The translations under genes were made by a program, and so were the position numbers. From Octopus bimaculoides (Eukaryota), in NCBI RefSeq assembly GCF_001194135.2, contig NC_068999.1:52373571-52428180 (forward strand): a DNA stretch of 54,610 nt. Reading direction: 5' to 3'. How positions within the stretch are numbered: the stretch's first letter is position 1; each line of letters opens with the position of its first letter. Below the pieces are notes generated by a model, which was not told the DNA's origin, did not search any database, and worked only from the letters and a program-made list of their open reading frames with translations. Shown in pieces: positions 11,431-23,424 of the stretch.

Positions 11431-11584
11431 NNNNNNNNNNAATGCAATCCATTTCCAGTTTTCTGCAAAAACATGTCTGTCCATGGAGAATAAATCCCTT
11501 TTTGTGAAATTTGAGCTGTGTGAATATGTGTATGTGTGTATGCAAATTTGTAGGTATGGATGTATGTGTGCTTGTAAATGTGCT

Positions 11585-11627
<43 letters not shown>

Positions 11628-11859
11628 NNNNNNNNNNATGTATGTGTGAGTGTGTGTATGTTTGTGTCTCTTTGTCTTGACATCATGATTGTTATAAATC
11701 AATGCAATCCATTTCCAGTTTTCTGCAAAAACATGTCTGTCCATGGAGAATAAATCCCTTTTTGTGAAATTTGAGCTGTGTGAATATGTGTATGTGTGTA
11801 TGCAAATTTGTAGGTATNNNNNNNNNNGTTGTTGTTGTTGTTGTGTGTGTGTGTGTGTG

Positions 11860-12605
11860 TGCATGCATGCATTTTTAGGTCCTGTTATGTGTGTAAGTGT
11901 ATATGAGTTTATAGGTGTATTTATGTGTCTGCATTTTTCACTTTGTGTGTTTATCCATTTGTGTGGTTGTAAGTGTATGTGTGCATTCTTAACTCTGTGT
12001 GTTTGTGTGTGTGTGTCTATGTGATTTTGGGTGAGTCAGTATTTATATGAAGGTTAATCCTGTAATTGGGTTTCCTTAATGAGGGTATATTTGTGTATTT
12101 TTAGCAATTCCATGCTGTGTGTATGCAATCATGTATTCATGTATGTTGTCTATATTTTGGTTTAGTCATTCTGTATGTTTGTATATATGTATTAGTGTAT
12201 ATGTGCATGTTTGGATAAATATATATTTGTATAAAAGTTGATCTGTTAATTGGGATGTATGTCCAACATATGCATATCTGTGTGTGTGTGTGCTTGCGTG
12301 TATGTGCATATATATTATCTATCTTAATGATGGTATCAATATGTATGGTTTACTATGTGCATGTGAGTTATGTTAGTATATATACATGATTTTAGATAAA
12401 TGTATTTTTATTGTAGTTCATTTTTTTGTGTCGTGGGAGAATATCAGAGAGAGAGGTGAGTGGAATATTTTAGAAAATACAAAGAGAAAGATGCGTGTGT
12501 GTGTGTGTGTGGAGGGAAGAGAGAGAGAGAAACAGACAGACAGACAGACAGTGTGTCTTCTTGAATTAGAAGAATGGAAAGGAGTAAAAACGTGTGAGTA
12601 AGAAT

Positions 12606-12640
<35 letters not shown>

Positions 12641-12700
12641 GTGTGAGAGAGAGAGATGGGTGGGGTGGGGAGATGGAAAGAGTCAGAAAAAAAATATTGC
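11860..12700. repeat. (GT)n/(ATGT)n/(GA)n-rich low-complexity region
   Basis: Seen directly. Confidence 0.8.
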
Positions 12701-13625
12701 AATGTGAAGGAAATGGAATAATGAGAGAAGGTTCTGTGGAGGAGACGCTATGAAGATATGAGTAATTAGGTTCAATATTAAGCTAAATTACTTGCTAAAA
12801 TGATTTTTGATTTTTTTCCTTTTCAACTACATTTTGTAACATTTCCAAATGGAAATTAGGTGAAAGAATCAATGCTAGACAATGTTGTTGTTCTGAAATA
12901 TATAAAATATTTTAATTCCAACCTCTTTAAAAGCTGTTTTATTGTATTTACAGACTAATAGATAGATTTATAGTCACTGTAGCATGATTCGATTGAGTTG
13001 TCAGACTTGGTGGAGGAGTTCACATTTCACATACAGTCATCTGTGCTGTGATGGACGAAGACATGTTACATACACACACACACGTGTGTGTGTGTGTGTG
13101 TGTGTGCACACGTGGTGGGCGTATATGAGTGTGTATACTAAATGTATGTCCGTTGATGGCTTAGCTGGTTGAAACTTCAAAGTCACTATCAACAACATTC
13201 TTATATAATAATAATAATAATAATAATAATANNNNNNNNNNNNNNNNNNNNNNNNNNNNNNNNNNNNNNNNNNNNNNNNNNNNNNNNNNNNNNNNNNNNN
13301 NNNNNNNNNNNNNNNNNNNNNNNNNNNNNNNNNNNNNNNNNNNNNNNNNNNNNNNNNNNNNNNNNNNNNNNNNNNNNNNNNNNNNNNNNNNNNNNNNNNN
13401 NNNNNNNNNNNNNNNNNNNNNNNNNNNNNNNNNNNNNNNNNNNNNNNNNNNNNNNNNNNNNNNNNNNNNNNNNNNNNNNNNNNNNNNNNNNNNNNNNNNN
13501 NNNNNNNNNNNNNNNNNNNNNNNNNNNNNNNNNNNNNNNNNNNNNNNNNNNNNNNNNNNNNNNNNNNNNNNNNNNNNNNNNNNNNNNAGTGGATTTGGTA
13601 GACAGAGAGTGAAAAAAGCCCGTCG

Positions 13626-13662
<37 letters not shown>

Positions 13663-13902
13663 GGTGCTATGTCTTGATGACATCACTTCATCAAACGTCT
13701 TTTTGTCCAATGATTTTTTTGGTCCAACAACAAATCTTATAAATAAAATTCTCAATGATTATTTTATTTTGACTTTCACCTTGTTTACTAATGAGTTTAT
13801 TTAAAATTGAACAAAAAATCGTTAGACAAAAAGATGTCAGACCAAATGACGTGAATGAAGTGACATTGGATAAAATGACACCAGACGAAAAGTCAGGTCA
13901 TG
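13663..13902. mobile_element. Unclassified foldback MITE-like element
   Basis: Inverted blocks gtctttttgtccaatgatttttt (13697) and aaaaaatcgttagacaaaaagat (13813), plus short internal GAC(C/G)AAA repeats. Confidence 0.5.
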
Positions 13903-13914
13903 TATATATATATC

Positions 13915-14260
13915 ATCATCATCATCGCCGTCGTTTAACGTCCGCTTTCCATGCTCGCATGGGTTGGACAATTTGACTGAGGACTGGTGAAACCATATGG
14001 CTACACCAGGCTCCAATCTGATTTGGCAGAGTTTCTACAGCTGGATGCCCTTCCTAACGCCAACCACTCCAAGAGTGTAGTGGGTGCTTTTACGTGCCAC
14101 CGGCACGAAGGCCAGTCAGGAGGTACTGGCAACGGCCACGCTCAAACTGGTGTAATTTCCGTGCCACCTGCACGGGAGCCAGTCCAGCAGCACTGGCACA
14201 ACCTCGCTTGAATGATTTTCTAACGTGCCACCAGCACAAGTGCTAGAAGGCAACACTGAT
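13915..14260 (-). mobile_element. Relatively young RTE-tailed SINE/LINE 3' end
   Basis: (CAT)n then cgtttaacgtccgctttccatgc...ggatgcccttcctaacgccaaccactcc; many CpGs retained. Confidence 0.85.
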
Positions 14261-14269
14261 CTTGAAGAT

Positions 14270-14570
14270 AATACATGATTAACTGAAAACAATGAGAATA
14301 AATAAGCATTACATTTGACAGAGTAAACTGAATGATAAAGGATTAACATTTTAGTATTTTAACCAACCATATCTAACACAAATATTCAGCCTGTTTTATG
14401 CTCAAACTGGCCTGATCTCACTTCTTACATCTACCCTACAATGTCATTCTTATAATATGCAATTACATCATCAAAATACTAAGGCGATCAAATAATGCAT
14501 GATTAATTCAAAACAATGTGAATAAATAGGCCTTACATTTGACAGAATAATGTGAACGCTAAAGGATTAA
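14270..14570. mobile_element. piggyBac-like MITE (second family) plus a partial tandem copy
   Basis: TTAA-bounded 14343-14570 ending '...gctaaaggattaa'; its end block is duplicated at about 14270-14346. Confidence 0.7.
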
Positions 14571-14633
14571 AGGCCTTGGCAGAGGGTATTAGACCAGAAA
14601 GTTCATCAGAGCATTGACCATGGAAACACTCAC

Positions 14634-14731
14634 AAAAAAGACAATGCAGATACATTTTTATAACGACCAGTAATAATAACGGACAGTAATGATACTATAA
14701 CAGAGCTCAATAATGTTGTGTTCCACATCAT
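14634..14731 (-). CDS. Candidate first coding exon encoding a signal-peptide-like N-terminus (MMWNTTLLSSVIVSLLSVIITGRYKNVSALSF)
   Basis: aaATG start, hydrophobic core, possible V-S-A cleavage site, and a consensus donor GTGAGT exactly where the frame would otherwise stop (phase 2). Confidence 0.45.
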
Positions 14732-14997
14732 TTATCAATCTTTATACGGCAGCACTTCTCTTTTTATTTATCTAAATTGAATCCTATCTTATATTGAATT
14801 TACATTTCAATTCATTCATGTTTCATGTCTCTAAAATTTACTTTCACTATACATAGTTTACTGTGATGTCATGAACTGCAGCTGAGGCAAACATTAAAAC
14901 AACATATTGTTTGTATGTTTCCCTGTCTAACAAATGATCAATGGTCTGTATCCTGTTGCTAGCACCATGTTGAATCTCAAATAAAGATAGTCTTGTC

Positions 14998-15180
14998 CAG
15001 GGGTAGCAACCGTTGACCGCTGAGATTTTCTTTGTGGGCCTCAGATTTTTAAAAATAATTTTAAAAATTCAATGTATTTGTGTGCCATTGAGTAGATGAT
15101 GGCTTTTAGATGGTATCTTGTGTCAAGGTATAATTTTTGCTTACATAAATATTGCCAGCCCAGTAATGGAAATGGTAGGG
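14998..15180. mobile_element. hAT-Charlie-like end fragment
   Basis: Starts CAGGGGTAGCAAC followed by a 'tgtgggcctc' block typical of Charlie-type TIR regions. Confidence 0.55.
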
Positions 15181-15229
15181 ATGCACAAGGATATTTTTAT
15201 ATATATATGATATAATATACATGTGGGTC

Positions 15230-15560
15230 TTTTACCTTTTATGTGTTTCAGTCAGTGGACTGTGGCCATGCTGGAGCACTGCCTTTAAAGGTTTTAGTCA
15301 AGCAAAGCGTCCCCATTACTTGATTTTTTTATTTTTTGAAAGTCTGATGCTTATTCTATCAGTCCCTTTTGCCAAACTGTTAAATTCCAGAGATATACAA
15401 GAACCAACACCATGCAGTTTCCGTCAACCAAATTCATTCACAAGGCATTGGTTGACCTTGGACCATAGTAGAAAACACTTTGCCACAGTGCCATGTAGTG
15501 AGATTGAACCTAAAACTACACAGTTGCAAAGTGAGTTTCTTAACCACGGAGCCTTACCTG
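15230..15560 (-). mobile_element. Head-A SINE
   Basis: 'gactgtggccatgctggagcactgcc' tail through 'cttaaccacggagcc' head, in reverse. Confidence 0.85.
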
Positions 15561-15787
15561 TATTTATGTAAATGTGAAAAAAAAAAAAAAAGGTGGAGGT
15601 GCATTGCATAAAGAAGTTGTTGATTTCTGATCTAGTCAGTCAAATTTGTTGTAAATAGGAACCATGTTGAAGTACAACTCACTGTTCTGTGAAGAAGAGA
15701 CTCTATATGTAGTGTTAGCATTATCTTGCAATGTTACACCATGAGAGAAATAAAGCAAATCCCACCACATTTCAGTCCCACTGCAGG

Positions 15788-15902
15788 ATCTCTGTCTCTG
15801 TCTGTCTATCTCTCTGTCTGTCTATCTCTCTGTCTGTCTATCTCTCTGTCTGTCTATCTCTCTGTCTGTCTATCTCTCTGTCTGTCTATCTCTCTGTCTG
15901 AC
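15788..15902. repeat. (TCTGTCTGTCTATCTC)n compound microsatellite
   Basis: Seen directly. Confidence 0.9.
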
Positions 15903-16073
15903 TCTCAGAAATTGTTAAAAACCAACAATATAAATAGCTTTAAAAAAACCCATCTTTGTCCAATCATTTCTTGAAATATTACTCAGTCAAGTTTTGTGTT
16001 AATTAGATCATAAGGAATTAATGAATGATGTGGATTTAGAATGACAACGTTTCTTGTTTATATATTCTGTGCT

Positions 16074-16385
16074 TCATAAATATGGAATGCCCTTATTATC
16101 ATCAACAGTACAAGCTGGATTTTTACTAACATTTTCCAATAGACTATCACTTGACTGAGTACCACCATCGATTAAATTGTGTGAAGAACAGAATCTATCA
16201 GCTACTTCATGTGATTCATAGCTGCAGACCATGATTTTTGCATATGGATTATTTGTACTGCTTTCAATAACACATTTAGAGCGTACAAAATATAGGTGTA
16301 CTGTTAGACTGCCAGAAATGCCACCCACCAATATTAAATCACTGTCTTTGACATACCGTTCCAGGCCAGTTTTTTCCGATGCTAT
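16074..16385 (-). CDS. Candidate terminal coding exon, uncharacterised protein (IASEKTGLERYVKDSDLILVGGISG...DDNKGIPYL*)
   Basis: Acceptor tctttactacag, 104 codons open from the acceptor to the stop, non-repetitive protein-like composition; family not recognised. Confidence 0.5.
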   Translation of the reverse strand: MASEKTGLERYVKDSDLILVGGISGSLTVHLYFVRSKCVIESSTNNPYAKIMVCSYESHEVADRFCSSHNLIDGGTQSSDSLLENVSKNPACTVDDNKGIPYL

Positions 16386-16445
16386 CTGTAGTAAAGATCC
16401 CTATCTCTTAGTCGATACTGCGTGTTTTTAACTTAATTTTAAAAC

Positions 16446-16495
16446 CTTCCTATCCATGAAATACTGATTAAACAGATATTTCTGCAACCATTTAA
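16446..16495 (-). CDS. Candidate 50-nt exon (xKWLQKYLFNQYFMDRK) upstream of the 16385 exon
   Basis: Acceptor ttattgaactttccag and donor AAG|gtttta; phase 0 is compatible with the next exon across a 60-nt intron containing in-frame stops. Confidence 0.3.
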
Positions 16496-17212
16496 CTGGA
16501 AAGTTCAATAAATAGGTCACTTGTGACGCAACAAATTCTCAGCCTGGAATTTATTATACAGAGCTTCAACTAAAATTTGCATAAAATCAATTCCTATGTT
16601 TATGGAATGGTAAATAATTCCCCGCAGAGTATAAATCTATTTAGATTTTATTTCTTTATATGTGTATTTTTTAAGACTTTTTATTGCATCAGGGAGAAGA
16701 AGATTGTGTTATCTTTCCATTACAGCTTCAAGTGAAAAGTTTAGTATTGCTAATAAATACAGCATTACTGTGATCAGCCATTAAAGGATTTCAGTATAGC
16801 TTACTTGCTCTTCAGGAATACCAATAATTAGATTAAACTCCAGTAACTAGTTCCATGTTAAAATCTGAGGATCTGTGCAGTGTTTATAGATAAAGTTAAA
16901 TTAGATGTGTTCGCTTTTATAACTAAATTTTATTTTATTTTCCCCTTTGTTTGATAATATTGTAATGAGGGAAACTCAGCCCCCCCCCCACCCACACACA
17001 CAAAAACAACCCCAAGTGAAATCTTTGGAAGCAATCTTTATATTATATTATTTTTAATTTTCTATATTGTTTGAATATATTAATTTATCCAAGGCTGCTT
17101 TTGGCTTGAACATTCAGTAAAACATAATAATACTCCATAGAAAATAATGGGTAATGTAAAGTCAATTTTCTTTTATACAACAGCTATTCTGTAGTCGTTA
17201 GATTCTTTCCAT

Positions 17213-17535
17213 GAAAGCGCATAGCTTAGTGGTTCGGGTATTCGACTCATGATCATAAGGTCATGAGTTCGATTTCCAGCAGTGCGCTGTGCCCTTGAGC
17301 AAGACACTTTCTTTCATGTTACTCCAGCTCATTCAGCTGGCAAAAAGGGAGTGGTACCTGTATTTCAAAGGGCCAGCTTTGTCATGTCCTGTGTCATGCT
17401 GACTCTCCCTGAGAACTATGTTAAGGTACATGTGTCTGTGGAGTGCTCAGCCACTTGCATGTTAATTTCATGAGCAGGCTGTTCTGCTGTTTGGATCAAC
17501 TAGAACCCTCTTTGTCGTGACCAACAAGGGCCAGT
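17213..17535 (+). mobile_element. Head-C tRNA-derived SINE, near full length
   Basis: gcgcatagcttagtggttcggg...gagttcgatttcc (A/B boxes), then cccttgagcaagacac and the body. Confidence 0.9.
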
Positions 17536-17599
17536 TAGATTCTATCCCCAAATACAATTTACTTCACGTTGGATTTTGAAATGTTTTATCATTATAGAA

Positions 17600-18010
17600 T
17601 CATTAGAGTGTTGGACAAAATACTTTCCAGTATTTATTCCAGCTCTTTATGTACAGAGTTCAAATCCTGTCAAGGTCAAATTTGCCTTCCATCCTTCTAC
17701 AGTCATTGACCTTTTTGATACCACCTTTGGCTCTGTAGTACAAATGTCTTGTTTTCAAAAGTTCTGAATTAAAATCCTCTTTTAAACCTCAGTCGTAATT
17801 TATGTTCCTAACACTAGCTTAATGATAACTAAGCTATTTTACTAAATTCTTTGTTACATTCAAAATTGATTGAAAGCAACACAGAGCATTTCAATACAAA
17901 TATGGTAACAAAAGGGTTAAATAAAGTACCAGTCAAATACTGAGGTCAGTGTAAACAACCTCAATATTTGACTTTGTCCCCCAGAATCTCAGGCTTTTGA
18001 GCCTATTTTA
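17600..18010 (+). mobile_element. Head-B SINE split by a MITE
   Basis: 'ttgccttccatccttctacagtca' resumes as 'ataaagtaccagtc' after the insertion. Confidence 0.7.
17706..17920. mobile_element. piggyBac-like MITE, complete
   Basis: TTGA(TTAA)-CCTTTTTGATACC ... GGTAACAAAAGGG-TTAA. Confidence 0.8.
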
Positions 18011-18049
18011 GAAATAGTAATACAAAATGCTTTGAAGCATTTCTTCTAG

Positions 18050-18725
18050 TTTTATGAGTTCAAAAGCTGCTGAAGTCAACTTTGCTTTTCATCCTTGTGG
18101 GGTTGATAAAATAAAGAAACATTCAAGAACAAGGGTCATTGCACTCAACTTGCCCTTTTCCCCACCTAAAATTATCAGCCTTGTGCCAAAATTTAGACCA
18201 GGCATTATTCAGGTGGCAAGTTGATAGAATTCTTAGTATGCCAGACAAAATGTTTAGCAGCATTTTGTCTGTCGTCAGGCTCTGAGTTCAAATTCTGCCA
18301 TGGCTAACTATGTCTTTCATCCTTTCAATGACATAAGTATCAGATGAGTACGAAAGTTGACATAATTGACTAGCCACCCCTTCCCCCAAATTTTCAAGCT
18401 TTGTGCCTATAGTAGAAAGGATTATTATATCTCATCATTATTATATCTTATCATTAGCTGTAGAAATGAGTTGTGATGTCACTGGTGCCAAGCTGTATCA
18501 GTCTTTGCCTTTCCCTTGGATAACATTGGTGGTGTGAAGAGGGGAGGCTGATATGCATGGGTGACTGGTGGTCTTCCGTAAACAAACTTGCCCAGCTGAG
18601 TGGACTGTTGTAACATGAAATAAAGTGTCTTGCTCAAGAATATAATGCATCTCTCGGTCCAGGAATCAAACTCACTACCTCATAATTGTGAGCCTGATAT
18701 TCTAACCACTGAGCCATGCACCTTC
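18050..18725. mobile_element. SINE cluster: head B (+) at 18050-18430 and head C family (-) at 18455-18725
   Basis: Homology to other copies in the window. Confidence 0.75.
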
Positions 18726-19169
18726 ACACCTGCACATCTATACCTATAGTATACCTATACTATAGAAACTCCATTGTTGCCATAATAGAATGATAGTTCT
18801 GAAATAAGCTTCTTTGTTATTTAGTGTCATCATAGAAATCTAACTTTTGAGTGTTCACACATCAGTAGAATAATCTTGTTTTGTTTGTTTTTTGTTCCAT
18901 CTATGGCTAGCAATATTTAACATTCAGTAAACAACAAATAATAATTATGCAATTGATCTTGCTTGTAACAACATCATAATGTTGAAATTACACCCCATCT
19001 CTCACTCACTCTCTGTGAAGTAGCTTGCCAAATTTATACTTCAGTTTGAAACAGATCATATGAAAGAATCGGTAAATTGATGCAAAAGCACATTTCAAAC
19101 GTTTATATTCTCAAAGCTGCATTTCACTGAAGTGTTGCATTCTAACACATTTCAGTTTTCAGTGGTGTG

Positions 19170-19800
19170 AGGTGCAGGGGTGGTTGCATGGTAAGAAGTT
19201 TGCTTGTCAACCACATGATTTCAGGTTCAGTCTCACTGCATGACATGTTGGACAAGTGTCTTTTAATATAGTCCAGACTGACCAAAGCAATTCAGTTTTT
19301 AAATCCATAAGGAGCATACGCACACACACACAAACTCTGTTTTATATATTAAGATTAAATAATAATATAAATTATGTGCATGTTTTTGAGTTATGGAACA
19401 ATTTGTTGTGATTTTAGGATTTTTCTTATTGTTAAATAAAAGTTCATCTAAATATTTCTCTGTCATTTATGATTATACACACACACATATATATAGATAC
19501 ACACAAACATATAGATACACACACACGCATACATATATGGATACACAAACGCACACATGCACATACACACACAAGTGTGTGTGTATGTTACTATCTGCTT
19601 ACCTTGACATCACGTGATAGTTGTAAAAAAGTGTCACTGTCATGCAAGCAGTGTCATTTGTTTCCAATCTTCTCTAAGAACATGTCTGGTCATGGGGAAA
19701 TATTACCTTCCTTGGATACAAGTGACAGGAAGGGTATTCAGCTATAGAAAATCTCCCTGGACAAATTTCACGTGACCCATGCAAGCATGAAAAAGGGGAC
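19170..19800 (+). mobile_element. Composite head-A SINE with RTE-like tail
   Basis: Head at about 19170, (CA/TA)n linker, tail 'ccttgacatcacgtgatagttgta...acccatgcaagcatgaaaa'. Confidence 0.75.
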
Positions 19801-20519
19801 AAAAAATAAAAGACAAAAATGAAAATCAAGGAACACTGTTCTTGATGTAGTGTCTAAATCTTTTAAAAATCCAACTGGATAGACAAGGATGGAATGTCTT
19901 TTGTTTTATATTTCCTGTATCAGTGGTGATCTGAGTCTAAACAATAGCAGCAGCAGCAGCCTGTTTATATCAAGGCTACTGATATTAGAATTTCCAAATT
20001 TACTACTTCTGGGATAATTAGGGCAAGGAAAATTATCATTCCCCCCTCTTTCCCTCTCCTTCTCATCTCCTTTATATGTCAGTGTGTGTGTCTGTATTAA
20101 TGTGCATTTGTGTGTCTGTATATGTATCTATGTATTTATATGCATCTGTGTGTATCTGTATGTGTGATCGTAATTTAGCGTTCGCAAAAGGAAATTGTTT
20201 TCTTGATCAGCTGTTGACTGAAGATCACTTTCTGCAACGGCGCCAACTAACAATGTTGCTTTGTACATATGTATGATGTTTAAAATCTAAAATATTTACA
20301 TCCATTATATATATATTACATCAGTGATAGCTTATTAAAAACTGAAATTAATATCTTGTACAATGTAGCATAAAATTTCACTCTGGTTCTTAGAATATGG
20401 TGAATCCAAATTCACATTAAGACATTTTTCATATCCTTTTGAAGTTGTTTAATCACATCTTTTCTGCTCCGTTTTTATAGACAAGATAGAAATTGTCAAT
20501 TTGGTTATAAATATTGGTT

Positions 20520-20830
20520 TCAAATTTTGGCACAAGGCCAGAAATTTCGGAGAAGGGCTAAATTGATTATATCAGCCCCAGTGCTGCACTGGTACTTATT
20601 TCATTGACTCTGTAAAAGCCCATTGTGTGTGTGTGTATCTTTGCATCTGTGTTTGTTCTCCTAACTTAATGAGCTCGGCCAAAGAGACAAATAGAATAAG
20701 TACCAGGTGTTACAAAAAAAAAAAAATAATAATAGGTACTGGGGTCATCAATTAATTTGACTAAAAATTCTTCAAGGTGGTGCCCCAGCATGGCTGCAGT
20801 CTAATGACTGAACCAAGTAAAAGATAAAGG
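20520..20830. mobile_element. Head-B SINE fragment (-) and head-A SINE tail (+)
   Basis: 'ccccagtgctgcactggtactta' and 'ggtgccccagcatggctgcagtc'. Confidence 0.7.
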
Positions 20831-21424
20831 ATAAAAATGAATAAAGCATTTAGTTTTAGGTTCTGTAATTTTGACACTCTTACTGCCCCACCTTCCATAT
20901 CACGTTACATTTGAATCTCTTCCTTATTTGAGAAACTTCCAATTATAAATTTCTTCCTTATCTCATTTAGAAAACACAATGGAGAGTCAGTTGCTGTTTT
21001 GCTGAGTCAATAGGCTGCTGCCAACCCAATGGCACAGAGCTGGACAGTTCATATGTACTCTCTTACTGGCAAAAACACATTTAACCCTCATTTCACTTAG
21101 ATATAAATAATTGTGTTGTAAAAGTGCTATTCACCACTGTGAAATGCAGTTTGCTTGCTTTCTATGATCAGATAAGCTTTATTTATTTTATTGATTTTTT
21201 TTAGATCTCAATTTGTGGACTAAGCATTGTTAGCTTCAGGTTTCCAATGGGCCAATAATTGTTGGTTTACCACCTTTCTGTTGGTGACAGTGATAAAAGA
21301 GTGTCTGATGAAGCAGAACAAATATCTCCAGGAGTTTCATTTGAAAAGCACCAGTTCTTTTTTTGTTTTGTTTTGTTCTGTTTTCCTGTTGATCTTTATA
21401 TTCTTCACTGATATACAACAGTGA

Positions 21425-21583
21425 AAAATACATACACATACATACATATACATACATACATATACATACATATACATAGATACATACATACATACATATA
21501 CATACACACATATACATACATACATAATACATACATACATACATAATACATACATACATACATAATGCATACATACATACATA

Positions 21584-21644
<61 letters not shown>

Positions 21645-21710
21645 TGTATATACATAATATACATAAATAAATACATATATATGTATGTATATATATATAT
21701 GTATATGAAT
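21425..21710. repeat. (CATA)n/(TA)n microsatellite
   Basis: Seen directly. Confidence 0.95.
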
Positions 21711-21857
21711 TACTTGTGTTGCAACCCTAACTAATTCATGATTTATATCAATATTTATTGATCACTTTTGGTGAAAAATACTTCATTAGGACTAATTATA
21801 ATGTATCCTGTGGAGTAAGAATGTGTCTTATTACTAATATATATCTATATATAAATG

Positions 21858-21890
<33 letters not shown>

Positions 21891-22034
21891 TCTTTCTCTG
21901 TCTGACTCTCTCTCTGAAAGAGCTTACACATCATTTTTCTCTTGCAAATTCCATTCTTGATGTATTGGTCAACCGAAGACTATGGTGGAAGACACTTTCC
22001 CTTGCTATATTCTTTTAGCTTTTTCTTGTTGTTT

Positions 22035-22234
22035 CTGTCATTCGACTGTGGCCATGCTGGGGCACTGCCTTGAAGAATTTTTAGTTGAACAAATTGATGC
22101 CAATTTCTTTTTTTTTAAGCTTGGTACTTATTCTGTTAGTCATTTTTGCTGAGCTGCTAAGTTATAGGGACGTAAACACATCAAGTGGTGGTGGGAGACA
22201 AACATAGACACAAAAACATATATGCACACACACA

Positions 22235-22268
<34 letters not shown>

Positions 22269-22440
22269 ACACCAACCACTCTGTAAGTTGGTTGGTGTTA
22301 GGAAGGGCATCTGGCCATAAAAACCATGCCAAAACAGCCAGTAAAGCCTGGTGCTGTCTTCTGGCTTGCCAGCTCCTGTCAAATCATCTAACCCATGACA
22401 GCATGGAAAATGAATGTTAAATGATGATGAGGATGATATA
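22035..22440. mobile_element. SINE tail (-) at 22035-22200 and RTE-tailed SINE end (+) at 22270-22440
   Basis: Homology to other copies; ends 'gttaaatgatgatgaggatg'. Confidence 0.75.
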
Positions 22441-22494
22441 TATATATATATCTGATGGGCTTCTTTCAGACACACACATGCACATGCGCACACA

Positions 22495-22542
<48 letters not shown>

Positions 22543-23424
22543 CATGATGGGCTTCTTTCATATGACAATGAGGTCAATTACAACTTATGAGCACAGCATG
22601 TCTGTTATTAGAGTTTATGTAGCTGTGGCCTTGGACCAACCACACAGTTTGCCAGCCCATGTGCAGGATGTTTTTACAAGACACCACTCATGTGGATGGC
22701 CACTGGTTCACAATGAGCTCACTGTCCTTTGACAGGTCTTGCTTTTTGTCCTGTACAGTGTCCACAACACCTACCTCACCTGGCAAACCAGTTTAGTTGC
22801 TGACCACCTAACCATGAAACAGGTGGTATGGTACTAGGAAATGATATACTTCTAAACTACTTATAATCTATACTACAATACATTCTGCTAGTTTAATATA
22901 TATGTAGAATTAAGCATATAACTATATTTTCATTTCCATTGTTTAATAACCCTTTCCCTATATTTTTTAATGATTTTTTTCTTCCTCCATGGTCTGGTAT
23001 AGTTAATCTTTCCAAGTCTCTTACAGCGTCACTTCTTCTAATTCCTCTCAACCTTATCTTCAAAGTATTGTATGTTGGATTCATAGAATTAGTGTTAGCA
23101 TTATTTAATATTAATAGATGAAATGTACCGGAATGGTTGATTGCATTTCTTGTCTCTGATTGGGTGATTTCAGATTTAAGATTCCAGATTTGTAGTGCCA
23201 AAGTTTAGCTGCATTATCAGACAGTGTATTATCAGGGTATTAAATTTTCCTCTTATATCTGAATATCAAAACCAATTATATAATGTCTTCTATTTCATAT
23301 GATATTCTTTAGAGAACAGTTGTATTGTCAACTAATGTCTTTCTGTCTATATTTTTGTGGTGTAGTGTAATGGCCTTGACAACACATCTATAATATTATA
23401 GAAGTTTTACAGAATTTGCTTTCT

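Noticed and set aside
11330-11827. Three near-identical tandem copies of a SINE tail segment
   Set aside because: Each is separated by a 10-N gap and the overlaps are essentially identical; most likely unmerged contig ends rather than a real array.
19000-19145. Minus reading MQHFSEMQL*EYKRLKCAF.. with an in-frame TGA (selenoprotein idea)
   Set aside because: Short, no SECIS-like element identified and no recognised family.
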